From positions 93,820 through 157,819 of the forward strand of contig JAZDCY010000056.1 of the NCBI GenBank assembly GCA_036679645.1: a stretch of DNA of 64,000 nucleotides, in the 5' to 3' direction. The translations under genes and the position numbers were made by a program. Under the pieces are notes generated by a model. That model was not told the origin of the DNA. It did not search any database and was given only the letters and a program-made list of their open reading frames with translations. Source of the stretch: Gemmatimonadota bacterium (lineage in GTDB: Bacteria > Gemmatimonadota > Gemmatimonadetes > Gemmatimonadales > GWC2-71-9). Positions 28,938 to 40,388 of the stretch are shown here, one piece after another. The stretch's first letter is position 1. Each line of letters starts with the position of its first letter.

Positions 28938-30662
28938 ATGGACCAGTTCGAGAGCATTGTCGATTTCCTGAGCGACATCGTCTGGAGCTTGGGTATACCT
29001 GCCGGCGCCGAGGTGATCCCGATCGTCGTGATCGCCCTGATGGGCACGGGTATCTACCTCACGCTCAGACTCGGGTTCATCCAACTGCGTCATCTGGGGC
29101 ATGGCTTTGGCGTCACGTCGGGCAAGTACGATGACCCCAACGAGCCGGGCGACGTATCGCACTTTCAGGCCCTCACCACGGCGCTCTCTGCAACGGTCGG
29201 GATCGGGAACATCGCCGGTGTCGCCATCGCGATTCACTGGGGCGGTCCGGGTGCGCTGTTCTGGATGTGGATGACCGCGTTCCTCGGGATGGCCACCAAG
29301 TACTCCGAGGTCACTCTCGCCCAGCACTTCCGCAAGGTCGAGACCGATGGCGGACGGAGGCAGGGTACGGTATCAGGCGGCCCCATGTACTACATCGAGC
29401 GCGGCCTGGGCACGCACTGGAAACCGCTCGCGGTGTTCTTCGCGGTGATGCTCGGCTTCACGGCGTTCCTGACCGGCAACGCCGTGCAGGCCAACACCGT
29501 GGCAGATACGATGAACACCGAATTCGGCATCCCGGCGTGGGTCACCGGGCTGATCACCGCGGGTGTCGTGTCCATGGTCATCATTGGTGGGATCAGCCGT
29601 ATTGGGAAAGTGACCGCTGTCGTCGCTCCGCTGATGGCGGCCGTCTACGTTACCGGCGCGCTCGCGATCATCGCGCTGCACGCAGATCAGGTCATTCCGA
29701 CGCTTGGCCTGATCTTCCGCGAAGCGTTCAACCCCACGGCAGGCGTTGCGGGCACCGGTGTCGGCGCGGTCCTGGTCACCCTCATGTGGGGAGTACGACG
29801 AGGCCTGTTCTCCAACGAAGCGGGCCAGGGGTCCGCGCCCATTGCGCACGCGGCCGCCAAGACCGATGAGCCCGTGTCCGAGGGCGTCGTGGCGCTGCTC
29901 GAGCCGTTCATCGACACGATCGTGATCTGTTCGATGACCGGCCTCGTGATCATCATGACCGGCGTGTGGAACGAAGCGGTGCCGACCGAACTGGTGCTCG
30001 ACGGCGGCGATGAGTCGTTTGTCGAGGCCAGCGCGAACGGCCGGCACCTCGAGGTGGACGTAGCGACACCCATTCAGGTCGCCGATGGTCGCCAGTCGGG
30101 TGATGTGCGGTTCGCGTGGCACGAGGTCGAGGTGGAGCGCCTCTACATCGACTCGTCCATGACCCAGACGTTCACGGGTGTGATCCAACCGGAAACCGGC
30201 ATCGCCGTCGACGCGGGGGGTCAGGAATACATGGCACTCTGGGGTGGCGCGGTGGAGAGCGGCGCGCCGCTCACGATGCTCGGATTCCAGCGCGGGCTGG
30301 GGACCGCAGGTCGCTTCATCGTGCTCATCAGCGTGCTGCTGTTCGCCATCTCGACCGCCATCTCGTGGAGCTACTACGGAGACCGGTGCGCCAACTATCT
30401 CTTTGGCGCGGGCGCGATTCTGCCTTACAAGATGGTCTTCGTCGGCATGCACTTCTTTGGTGCGGTGATCTCGCTCAACGTGATCTGGACGCTGGGGGAT
30501 GTAGCACTGGGCATCGTGATCTTGCCAAACCTGCTGGCGCTCGTGCTCCTCTTCCCGAAAATCAAGGAGCTCACCAACAGCTACTTCCAGCGGAAACCGT
30601 GGTTGGAAAACCTCGAAGTGCACAAGAAGATCGTCGCAGCAAGAAAGAAAGGCGGCTCCTAA
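28938..30662 (+). CDS. Alanine/glycine:cation symporter (AGCS)
   Basis: FQALTTALSATVGIGNIAGVA, GGPGALFWMW, RGLFSNEAGQGSAPIAHAAA, SWSYYG. Confidence 0.95.
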   Translation: MDQFESIVDFLSDIVWSLGIPAGAEVIPIVVIALMGTGIYLTLRLGFIQLRHLGHGFGVTSGKYDDPNEPGDVSHFQALTTALSATVGIGNIAGVAIAIHWGGPGALFWMWMTAFLGMATKYSEVTLAQHFRKVETDGGRRQGTVSGGPMYYIERGLGTHWKPLAVFFAVMLGFTAFLTGNAVQANTVADTMNTEFGIPAWVTGLITAGVVSMVIIGGISRIGKVTAVVAPLMAAVYVTGALAIIALHADQVIPTLGLIFREAFNPTAGVAGTGVGAVLVTLMWGVRRGLFSNEAGQGSAPIAHAAAKTDEPVSEGVVALLEPFIDTIVICSMTGLVIIMTGVWNEAVPTELVLDGGDESFVEASANGRHLEVDVATPIQVADGRQSGDVRFAWHEVEVERLYIDSSMTQTFTGVIQPETGIAVDAGGQEYMALWGGAVESGAPLTMLGFQRGLGTAGRFIVLISVLLFAISTAISWSYYGDRCANYLFGAGAILPYKMVFVGMHFFGAVISLNVIWTLGDVALGIVILPNLLALVLLFPKIKELTNSYFQRKPWLENLEVHKKIVAARKKGGS

Positions 30663-30726
30663 CCCCCTTCCTTCCGCAATCGGGCTCCGCGTCACATCTT
30701 AGGCTGTCCCCGCCAGGGAGTCTTCG

Positions 30727-31845
30727 ATGGAGCGTCGCGATTTCTTTCGTGCCGGGTTGGCGGCTAGCTTCGCCAGCCTCGGCGGCCCCGCCTCGGCCCT
30801 CGCGCTCGACCCGGTCGCAGCGCGCCGCCTCGGCCCGCTGCGTCTGAATTTCAACGAGAACGCGCTCGGCCTCTCAATGGCCGCTCGACGGGCCGTGATC
30901 GACGGTATCATGGAGGGCAATCGGTACCCCCACTCGGCCACGACCCCTCTCCTCGCGGCGCTTGCGCTGAAACACGACGTCCCGCCAGAGAGCATCGTGT
31001 TCGGAAACGGGTCCACTGAGATCCTGCGAATCGCGGTGAGCGCCCTTGGCGGTGCGGACGCAACCATCGTCCTCGCCGATCCCACGTTCGAGGACGTCCC
31101 TGGCTACTCCACGCCCTTTGGGCCTCGTCTGGAACGCATTCCGCTCGCGGGCGACTTCGCCCACGACATTCCCGCGATGCGCACACGAGCGGAAGCGGCC
31201 GACGGACCGGTATTGGTGTACATATGCAATCCGAACAATCCAACAGCTACGCTGACCGACTGCGACTCCATCGACGAGTGGATAGCACACGCACAGGACA
31301 ACGTATACTTCCTCATTGACGAGGCGTACTTCGAGTACGTTAACAGCAGTCACTATCGCACGTCGGTGAAGTGGGTGGCGGACAAGCGCAACGTACTGGT
31401 CGTGCGCACCTTCTCGAAGATCTACGCGATGGCCGGTATGCGCGTGGGGTACGGCATGGCACACCCGGAGACGGCTGCGAAACTCCGGGCCTACGTGACG
31501 CGGAACACACCGAATCACCTTGCCGGTGCCGCCGCTCTGGCCTCACTACAAGACGAGCACATGGTCCCACGCAGCCTCGAGAACAACCGGCGCTGTATGG
31601 AAATCGTCTTGGGTACGTTCGACGAACTCGGTATCGAGTACATACCGAGCCAGGCGAACTTCATGATGCACCGCGTGAGCGGTGATCTCGCGACGTACAT
31701 CGAGCGCATGCTGGAACACGGCGTTCGCGTGGGCCGTCAGTTCCCGCCGATGCTCGGCTACAACCGACTCTCGATGGGATTGCCGGAAGAGATGGAAACG
31801 TTTGTGGACGTCTTGCGGACGTTCAGGGAGAGAGGATGGGCGTGA
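30727..31845 (+). CDS. Tat-signal PLP-dependent class I/II aminotransferase (HisC-like)
   Basis: ERRDFF twin-Arg signal; LNFNEN, CNPNNPT, DEAY, RTFSKIYAMAGMRVGY. Confidence 0.88.
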   Translation: MERRDFFRAGLAASFASLGGPASALALDPVAARRLGPLRLNFNENALGLSMAARRAVIDGIMEGNRYPHSATTPLLAALALKHDVPPESIVFGNGSTEILRIAVSALGGADATIVLADPTFEDVPGYSTPFGPRLERIPLAGDFAHDIPAMRTRAEAADGPVLVYICNPNNPTATLTDCDSIDEWIAHAQDNVYFLIDEAYFEYVNSSHYRTSVKWVADKRNVLVVRTFSKIYAMAGMRVGYGMAHPETAAKLRAYVTRNTPNHLAGAAALASLQDEHMVPRSLENNRRCMEIVLGTFDELGIEYIPSQANFMMHRVSGDLATYIERMLEHGVRVGRQFPPMLGYNRLSMGLPEEMETFVDVLRTFRERGWA

Positions 31846-31846
31846 G

Positions 31847-31922
31847 GATTACAGATTACAGATTGGAGATTGGAGATTGGAATCGCCAATCTCTAATCGC
31901 CAATCGCTAATCTATAATCGAT
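31847..31922. repeat. Head-to-head heptamer repeats: GATT(ACA/GGA) x5 then AATCnnn x6
   Basis: gattaca x2 and gattgga x3, then aatcgcc aatctct aatcgcc aatcgct aatctat aatcgat. The two halves are imperfectly complementary. Confidence 0.9.
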
Positions 31923-34667
31923 ATGAGTGACATCACTGAGCGACTCACGGTCGCCATTGCCGACCGCTACAAGATCGAGTCCCACCTCGGCCAGGGTGGG
32001 ATGGCGACCGTCTACCTGGCGCACGACGTCAAGCACGACCGCAAGGTCGCGCTCAAAGTATTGCGCCCCGAGTTGGCCGCCGTGATCGGCGCCGAGCGGT
32101 TCCTGCAGGAGATCAAGGTCACCGCCAACCTGCAGCACCCCAACATCCTGGCGCTCTACGATTCCGGCGAGGCGGACACGTTCCTCTACTACGTCATGCC
32201 CTATATCGAGGGCGAGTCGTTACGCGACAAACTCGAGCGTGAGAAGCAGCTCGCCATCGAAGATGCCATCGAGATCACCCGTGGTGTCGCCGCAGCGTTG
32301 GACTACGCCCATCGGCAGGGCGTGATCCATCGGGACATCAAGCCAGAGAACATCCTGCTGCATGATGGCCGACCCGTGGTCGCGGATTTTGGCATAGCGT
32401 TGGCGGTGAGCGCGGCGGCGGGCGGCCGGATGACGGAAACGGGGCTCTCGCTCGGCACGCCGCATTACATGAGTCCCGAGCAGGCCACGGCGGAGAAGGA
32501 CATCACGAACCGGTCGGATGTCTACTCGTTGGGGTGTGTGCTGTACGAGATGCTGGCAGGCGATCCGCCCTACACGGGAAGCACCGCGCAGGCGATCGTG
32601 GCGAAGGTGATCACGGAAAAGGCGGCGCCCGTGACCGCCATCCGCGATACGGTGCCGCCGCACGTCGCCGCCGTGGTGCAGAAAGCGCTCAGCAAGCTCC
32701 CAGCGGATCGTTTCTCGACCGCGGCGACGCTCGCCGAGGCGCTCGTACGTCCCTCTCTGCTGGATGCCGACCGCCTATCGGTGACCGTGAGCGCGGGCGA
32801 GCCGTCGCGGCAGCGAATGCCTCGCGCGGTCTGGCTGCTCGCAGCCGCGCTCGTCGTCATGACGGCCGTGACCGGATGGGCGTTGTTGCGATCGCCTGAG
32901 TTACCGGTGGTGCGCCTCACGATTGGGATCCCGCAAGAACAGCAGCGCATTCTATATGGCGGCATCAACCTCACCCCCCCGCGGGTCGCACTGACACCGG
33001 ATGGATCGAGTCTCATCTACGTGGGCGTGGAAGAGAACTACACGGGTGTGGCCGTGTCCGGCTCCAGGACCCTGAGTGTGCGGTCGCAGCTCTGGTTCCG
33101 GCCGCTCGATGAATTGGAGGCGCGACCCATGCCGGGCACGCAAAACGGGTGGGCACCGGAGGTGTCACCGGACGGGGAGGAGTTCGTCTTCACCGTGTTC
33201 GGCGAGGGCCAGGCGCAGGTCAAGATCGCGGCGTTCTCCGGCGGTCCTCCATTGACGGTGGCGGCATCCGGTGTCGGTTCGTCAGCGTCCTGGGGGACTG
33301 ATGGCCACGTCTACTTCGTGGATGAGTCTGGAGTCGGCGTGCGGCGCGTGCCTCTCGGCGGAGGACCGGTCGAAGTCGTAACCACACTTGCTCCATTCCC
33401 CGATGGTGCCCGGCTCATGTGGCCCCACGTCCTCCCGGGGGCCCGAGGAGCCATCGCGACCGTCGGAACTCAGGCCCAATCTCGCCTGGCGAGTCACGAG
33501 CTTCATGCCATCGACTTCGCCTCCGGCACGTCGACTCCGCTCGTGGTTGGCGTGTACGGGATATACAGCCCTTCCGGGCACATTGTCTACGTAACGGCCG
33601 ACGGGGTGTTGATGGCTGTGCCGTTTGACGTCGACGGGTTGCGCACGACAGGTCGGCCCACGGCGCTTGTGCAAGGAGTGGACTACCGCAACAACGGGGC
33701 GAGTGACATCACAATCTCGAGCACGGGGACGCTGATCTACGCCACGGAAGGACTCAATGCTCCGGAGATCGCCGTCTGGGTCGATCGGACCGGGCGCGTC
33801 GAGCCCGTCGATCCTGGGTGGGCTGGTGAGCTCGAGTTCGAGGGCCTGGCGCTTTCCCCCGATGGATCCCGCTTGGCGGTCGAACTCGTCGCGGGCGGGC
33901 GCGGCGACATCTGGATCAAGCAACTCGACCGCGGGCCCCTATCGCGCCTCAGCTTCGAAGGCACGGACAATCGCACGCCGGCGTGGAGCCCCGATGGGCT
34001 GTCGGTATTGTACCTGTCTCTCGTCGAAGAGGGCGGGTGGGAGCTGCTCATGAGACGGTCCGACGGCAGTGGCGAGGCCGAGCGGCTGCCCTCACCCCAG
34101 GGCAGGGTTCGCGAGGCAGTGTGGACGCCCGACGGGACTTCCCTGGTTGCGGCCGTATCGGGCCCGACCGGCGACGATGTGCTTCTCCTCCGTCTCGACA
34201 CAGAGAGCTCCTGGACCGCAATTCTCGACGGAGCCGACGACGAATACCAGCCAGCCGTCTCACCGGACGGCCGTTGGCTCGCCTACGTCTCGGAGGAATC
34301 AGGACAACCTGAGGTTTATGTCCGCCCCTTCCCCAACACGGCCGGTGGGAAGTGGCAGATTTCTACGAGTGGCGGACTCGAGCCGTTGTGGAGCGCGGAC
34401 GGCCGCGAGCTCTACTACCGCACCTTCGGCGGTAGCACGGTCTGGGCCGCGTCGATGACCGGCGGGCCGGCGGGCGCGGTACGCCGCGAATTGTTCAGCA
34501 TCCCAGATGGGGTTTACGAAAACAATCCGCGGAACAAGCTCCACGCGCTCACGCCGGACGGCCGCCGCTTCATCATGATCAATCAGACGGGCGAGGGCGA
34601 CCTTTCCGGAGATCTCGTGTTCGTACAGAATTTCTTTGCTGAGCTGAAGGAGAAGACCGCAAGGTGA
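31923..34667 (+). CDS. Ser/Thr kinase with TM and TolB/PD40 beta-propeller
   Basis: HRDIKPEN, DFGIA, GTPHYMSPE and repeated SPDG motifs. Confidence 0.93.
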   Translation: MSDITERLTVAIADRYKIESHLGQGGMATVYLAHDVKHDRKVALKVLRPELAAVIGAERFLQEIKVTANLQHPNILALYDSGEADTFLYYVMPYIEGESLRDKLEREKQLAIEDAIEITRGVAAALDYAHRQGVIHRDIKPENILLHDGRPVVADFGIALAVSAAAGGRMTETGLSLGTPHYMSPEQATAEKDITNRSDVYSLGCVLYEMLAGDPPYTGSTAQAIVAKVITEKAAPVTAIRDTVPPHVAAVVQKALSKLPADRFSTAATLAEALVRPSLLDADRLSVTVSAGEPSRQRMPRAVWLLAAALVVMTAVTGWALLRSPELPVVRLTIGIPQEQQRILYGGINLTPPRVALTPDGSSLIYVGVEENYTGVAVSGSRTLSVRSQLWFRPLDELEARPMPGTQNGWAPEVSPDGEEFVFTVFGEGQAQVKIAAFSGGPPLTVAASGVGSSASWGTDGHVYFVDESGVGVRRVPLGGGPVEVVTTLAPFPDGARLMWPHVLPGARGAIATVGTQAQSRLASHELHAIDFASGTSTPLVVGVYGIYSPSGHIVYVTADGVLMAVPFDVDGLRTTGRPTALVQGVDYRNNGASDITISSTGTLIYATEGLNAPEIAVWVDRTGRVEPVDPGWAGELEFEGLALSPDGSRLAVELVAGGRGDIWIKQLDRGPLSRLSFEGTDNRTPAWSPDGLSVLYLSLVEEGGWELLMRRSDGSGEAERLPSPQGRVREAVWTPDGTSLVAAVSGPTGDDVLLLRLDTESSWTAILDGADDEYQPAVSPDGRWLAYVSEESGQPEVYVRPFPNTAGGKWQISTSGGLEPLWSADGRELYYRTFGGSTVWAASMTGGPAGAVRRELFSIPDGVYENNPRNKLHALTPDGRRFIMINQTGEGDLSGDLVFVQNFFAELKEKTAR

Positions 34668-37312
34668 GCGACATTACGGAGCGCCTTTCCACCGCGATCG
34701 CCGATCGCTACAAGATCGAGTCCCACCTCGGCCAGGGTGGGATGGCGACCGTGTATCTGGCGCACGACGTCAAGCACGACCGCAAGGTCGCGCTCAAAGT
34801 ATTGCGCCCCGAGTTGGCCGCCGTGATAGGCGCCGAGCGCTTCTTGCAGGAGATCAAGGTCACCGCCAACCTGCAGCATCCGCACATCCTGCCGCTGCAC
34901 GACTCCGGCGAAGCCGACACGTTCCTCTATTACGTGATGCCCTACATCGAGGGCGAGTCGTTGCGCGACAAGCTCGACCGTGAGAAGCAACTCGGCATCG
35001 AGGACGCCATCGACATCACCAAGAACGTGGCCGCAGCGTTGGACTACGCGCACCGTCAGGGTGTGATCCATCGTGACATTAAGCCCGAAAACATCCTGCT
35101 GCATGACGGGCAGGCGCAGGTGGCGGACTTCGGGATCGCGCTGGCGGTAAGCGAGGCGAGCGGGAATCGTCTGACGGAGACGGGCCTCAGCATCGGGACG
35201 CCGCACTACATGAGCCCCGAGCAGGCAATGGGCGACCGCGAGCTCGACTCGCGTAGCGACGTCTACTCGTTGGGCGCCATGCTGTACGAGATGCTGACCG
35301 GCGATCCGCCGTACACCGGGAGCACCGCGCAGGCGATCGTGGCAAAGGTGATCACGGAGAAGGCGCCACCGGTGACGGCCATTCGGGATACGGTCCCGAG
35401 CCACGTTGCGGCGGCAGTTGAGAAATCGCTCAGCAAGCTGCCGGCGGATCGGTTCACGACGGCGGCCGATTTCGCGGTCGCCCTGTCCCAACAGGCCGTA
35501 GCACCTGTTGCGGCCGCAGGCACCGGGACTGCCGGCGTGACGGGCGACGCCCAAACGTGGACCCTCACGCTGCCGAAGATCGACGTGCGGCGCGCAGTTC
35601 CGTGGGTACTGGTAGCCGCCATGGCTGTAGCGACCTGGTGGTTTGCAAGCCGACCGGCACCAGTCCAGCGCATCGTACGCCTACACGTCGCGCTCCCGGA
35701 GGACGCCGCACTCGGCGACGCCCTCAACGGCCGCTCGATTGCGCTGTCACCGGACGGGTCGCAGATCGTGTACGTCGGCGACGGTGGCCAACTCTACCTG
35801 CGGCGCCTCGACCAGCTAGAAGCACGTCCGCTGCCCGGAACCTCGAACGCGCACACCCCCTTCTTCTCACCGGACGGTGCGTGGGTGGGCTACAGCCAAC
35901 CGCCCGACCTGAAGAAGGTCGCACTGGCGTGGGGTCCCCCGCTCACAATCGGCGCGGCGCCCAACTTGCGCGGAGCGAGTTGGACGCCTGAAGGGACAAT
36001 CGTGTTCGCGCCGACGAATGCCAGTGGGCTCCTGCGCGTGTCAGACGGAGGGGGAACACCCGATACGCTGACGCGAGCCGATTCCGCGGGCGGCTCGGAC
36101 CGGTTGCCGCAGGTACTGCCTGGCGGGCGGGCAATACTTTTCACGCATTGGGTGAGTTCGGTAGACGATTCGTACACCGCCGTCCTCGATACGAGGACTG
36201 GCGAAACCACACGACTCCTCGCGGGCGTTGACGCACGCTATGTCGCAACCGGTCACCTGGTGTACGCGACCGCGGACGGTTCTCTGCTGGCGGTGCCGTT
36301 CGATGTGAATCGGCTCGAGGTCACTGGTAACCCGGTCGCGCTTCTCGAAGGAGTAACGGTCAAGGCAAGTGCCGTTGCAGAAGTCGCGATCGCAGGTGAT
36401 GGAACGCTGCTCTATGTCTCGGGCCTCGCGACCGAGCGGAACCTCATTGCCGCGGATCGCCGGGGCGTGCAGCGTATCTTGGTCGAGGAACTCAACGCCG
36501 CCGGGAGCCCACGTGTTTCGCCGGACGGTCGCCACATCGCGTTGAGGCTCGTAGTCGACGGCAACACGGACATTTGGATCTTCGATGTGAGCCAAGGGAC
36601 CCTTTCTCGTCTCACTTTCGAAGGAAACAACGACTACCCGGTGTGGTCGCTCGATGGCCGTTACGTGTATTTCGGTTCCGCCCGCCAAGAACGCGATCGT
36701 GATATTTACCGACGTGCCGCCGACGGCAGCGGCGCGATCGAGGAGGTGCTGATCCGGGATGGGTCCCAGTGGGAGTTCCTCCCCGTGCGCGGAGACAGCC
36801 TCTTCGTGTTCCGGGAAGGGTCGCCGACTGGCGGTCGCGATATCTGGGTTGGCCGAACCGACGGGTCCGATTTCACACCATATGTGGCAACCGAGTTCAA
36901 CGAGCGCGCTCCCGCGATCTCACCGGACGGCCGATGGCTGGCGTACACCTCGAATGAATCCGGGGTCGACGAGATCTACGTCAGGGAGTTCCCCGAGCCC
37001 AGCGGTCGCTGGCAAGTGTCCACGGACGGCGGGGTCGACGCCGTATGGGCCGTGTCCGGTAGCGAGATTTATTATCGCGACGGTCAACGGCTCATCGCAG
37101 TTCCCATGTCGGCCAACCCAACGCCGACCTTCGGGCAACGTGAGACTCTCTTCGAATGGCGTGCCACCGGCAACAGCCAGCATGCCCAGTACGACATCAA
37201 CTCCGCGACCGACGAGTTCGTGGCGCTCGTTCCCAGGGGCGATTCGAACGCGGAGATGATCGTGGTGCTGAACTGGTTCGAGGAGCTTCGGGCACGAACC
37301 GGCAGCAACTGA
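34664..37312 (+). CDS. Ser/Thr kinase with TM and TolB/PD40 beta-propeller (tandem paralogue)
   Basis: Same architecture as the upstream gene, GTGA overlap, near-identical kinase N-lobe. Confidence 0.93.
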   Translation: MSDITERLSTAIADRYKIESHLGQGGMATVYLAHDVKHDRKVALKVLRPELAAVIGAERFLQEIKVTANLQHPHILPLHDSGEADTFLYYVMPYIEGESLRDKLDREKQLGIEDAIDITKNVAAALDYAHRQGVIHRDIKPENILLHDGQAQVADFGIALAVSEASGNRLTETGLSIGTPHYMSPEQAMGDRELDSRSDVYSLGAMLYEMLTGDPPYTGSTAQAIVAKVITEKAPPVTAIRDTVPSHVAAAVEKSLSKLPADRFTTAADFAVALSQQAVAPVAAAGTGTAGVTGDAQTWTLTLPKIDVRRAVPWVLVAAMAVATWWFASRPAPVQRIVRLHVALPEDAALGDALNGRSIALSPDGSQIVYVGDGGQLYLRRLDQLEARPLPGTSNAHTPFFSPDGAWVGYSQPPDLKKVALAWGPPLTIGAAPNLRGASWTPEGTIVFAPTNASGLLRVSDGGGTPDTLTRADSAGGSDRLPQVLPGGRAILFTHWVSSVDDSYTAVLDTRTGETTRLLAGVDARYVATGHLVYATADGSLLAVPFDVNRLEVTGNPVALLEGVTVKASAVAEVAIAGDGTLLYVSGLATERNLIAADRRGVQRILVEELNAAGSPRVSPDGRHIALRLVVDGNTDIWIFDVSQGTLSRLTFEGNNDYPVWSLDGRYVYFGSARQERDRDIYRRAADGSGAIEEVLIRDGSQWEFLPVRGDSLFVFREGSPTGGRDIWVGRTDGSDFTPYVATEFNERAPAISPDGRWLAYTSNESGVDEIYVREFPEPSGRWQVSTDGGVDAVWAVSGSEIYYRDGQRLIAVPMSANPTPTFGQRETLFEWRATGNSQHAQYDINSATDEFVALVPRGDSNAEMIVVLNWFEELRARTGSN

Positions 37313-37328
37313 GTTGTGACGGGACCAT

Positions 37329-38900
<1,572 letters not shown>

Positions 38901-38908
38901 GCGGAGCG

Positions 38909-39313
38909 CTACTCCCCGGATTCGTCCACCTTTGCGGGCGTGTCGATGTCGGGCGGTGTCTCGGTAGCTGCCGCACTCGGCGCCGCATCCGGGACCGGCG
39001 CGGCTTCGGAGGCATCTGCGGCCGTCTTCCCCAACTCTTCCACCGCCGCACGTCCCGCGCCTGCCAGCTTGTCCAACGCCTTGGTCGCCGAGTCCATTGC
39101 GGACACGGTCCCGCGAATCGCCGCCGCGGGGAGTCGGCCCGCGCGCATGGTGTCTTCGACGCCTTCCGCGATCCGGTCGATGACAGACGCCTTGTGTTCG
39201 CCGGTGCCGTACTTGGTCTCGAGGAACTCCGCGTAATCGAGGACCTGGTATCCTTGCTCGTCCTTCAGGTTGGCTAGTCGCCGCTGAATGCGCTTCATCA
39301 GAAGTTCGTTCAT
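38909..39313 (-). CDS. Hypothetical protein (DUF2281-like N-terminus)
   Basis: L.DEQGYQVLDYAEFLETKY motif, GGAAGG RBS, Ala/Pro-rich tail. Confidence 0.65.
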   Translation of the reverse strand: MNELLMKRIQRRLANLKDEQGYQVLDYAEFLETKYGTGEHKASVIDRIAEGVEDTMRAGRLPAAAIRGTVSAMDSATKALDKLAGAGRAAVEELGKTAADASEAAPVPDAAPSAAATETPPDIDTPAKVDESGE

Positions 39314-39330
39314 TGCATCGTCACCTTCCA

Positions 39331-40353
39331 TCAGTGTTGGTTGGCCATGAGATCGACCAACTCCAAGACGGGGTTGCCAAGGTAATGCGACCGCCCGGTA
39401 CGGACGCGGCCGATGATTGTGATCTCCACCAGCGGCTCGAGCGCCTCCACTTCCGCAACCCGGTCATCGGGCAGGATGACATACACAAAACCGCGTTCCG
39501 GAACCGGTCCCCGTGCCAGCAGGTAGCGACTGCCCGCCGGAATCTCTCGGCGTAACTCGTCCGACGCCGGAACCGCGATGTATTGGAGCGTCCACTGTAG
39601 CAGTTGCCCCTCGAAATCCTGCGGGCGGCTGCGCACCTCCGTTCCCGTGACGCCCGCGAGCACGTCACCGCCCCCGGTATCGAGTTCGGTCGCGCGCACC
39701 CACCCATCTACCTGTACGCGCACCCACTCGCCCGACCGCGATACAACGCGAACCGAGGCTCCGGGACGGATGTGCCCCACCGAGTCCCCGTCCGCCGTGC
39801 GCAGCAGACCCGTCTCGCCCGCCACGCGAGCGCGGTCGAGCGTTGCGCCAGACGGGCGTGGAGCCGCCGTTCCGCCTCTAGGAGATGCGGCGGCCGTCGC
39901 GACCGGCTCGAGTGATCGCTTCCACATCCAACCCAAGCGGCGCACTCTGATCCAGTCACCCTGCCGCGCCAACTCCTCCATGAGGAACCCGTTCAGGAGC
40001 TGCGCCAACACCGGTCCGTTGGGCCGGGCGCGCAGGTTCTCACCGTTGGCCGCACTCACGCGCAGATCGAAGCCGCCGCGGGTGTCGGGCCGGACCGATT
40101 GGGACCAAATCCACCCCTCGAGGGTTACCTGCATCCAGTTACTGCGCTCGTCACGGACGATGAGTTGGGTCCCACGACTGACGCGCGCCAGGAGCCGCCC
40201 GGTCGCTTGCGGATCGAGCCGGAAGTTCTCCGCCCGGGCCGCACGATATCGCTCTTGCGCCGGAGCGGGCCGAGAGCCGGCAACCGAGAGCACAGCAACC
40301 AGTGCCAGTGAGGCTGGAAGCGCTCGGGGGAGGTAGCTACATTCTTTCATCAC
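39331..40353 (-). CDS. Exported protein with three SH3-like repeats
   Basis: Signal peptide; repeated EN(F/L)R..P..G..LA..., W..V...GW motifs. Confidence 0.7.
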   Translation of the reverse strand: MMKECSYLPRALPASLALVAVLSVAGSRPAPAQERYRAARAENFRLDPQATGRLLARVSRGTQLIVRDERSNWMQVTLEGWIWSQSVRPDTRGGFDLRVSAANGENLRARPNGPVLAQLLNGFLMEELARQGDWIRVRRLGWMWKRSLEPVATAAASPRGGTAAPRPSGATLDRARVAGETGLLRTADGDSVGHIRPGASVRVVSRSGEWVRVQVDGWVRATELDTGGGDVLAGVTGTEVRSRPQDFEGQLLQWTLQYIAVPASDELRREIPAGSRYLLARGPVPERGFVYVILPDDRVAEVEALEPLVEITIIGRVRTGRSHYLGNPVLELVDLMANQH

Positions 40354-40388
40354 CGATAGTTAGCTCATTCTAGGAGAACCCTCTCGCG

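Noticed and set aside
27229..28971. Long antisense or alternative-frame ORFs (e.g. 580 aa here, also 29373-30695, 37477-38574, 58506-59846)
   Set aside because: Shadow ORFs typical of high-GC DNA opposite well-supported genes, with no motifs.
30727..31845. Housekeeping hisC
   Set aside because: The Tat signal and absence of neighbouring his genes argue against this, so no symbol was assigned.
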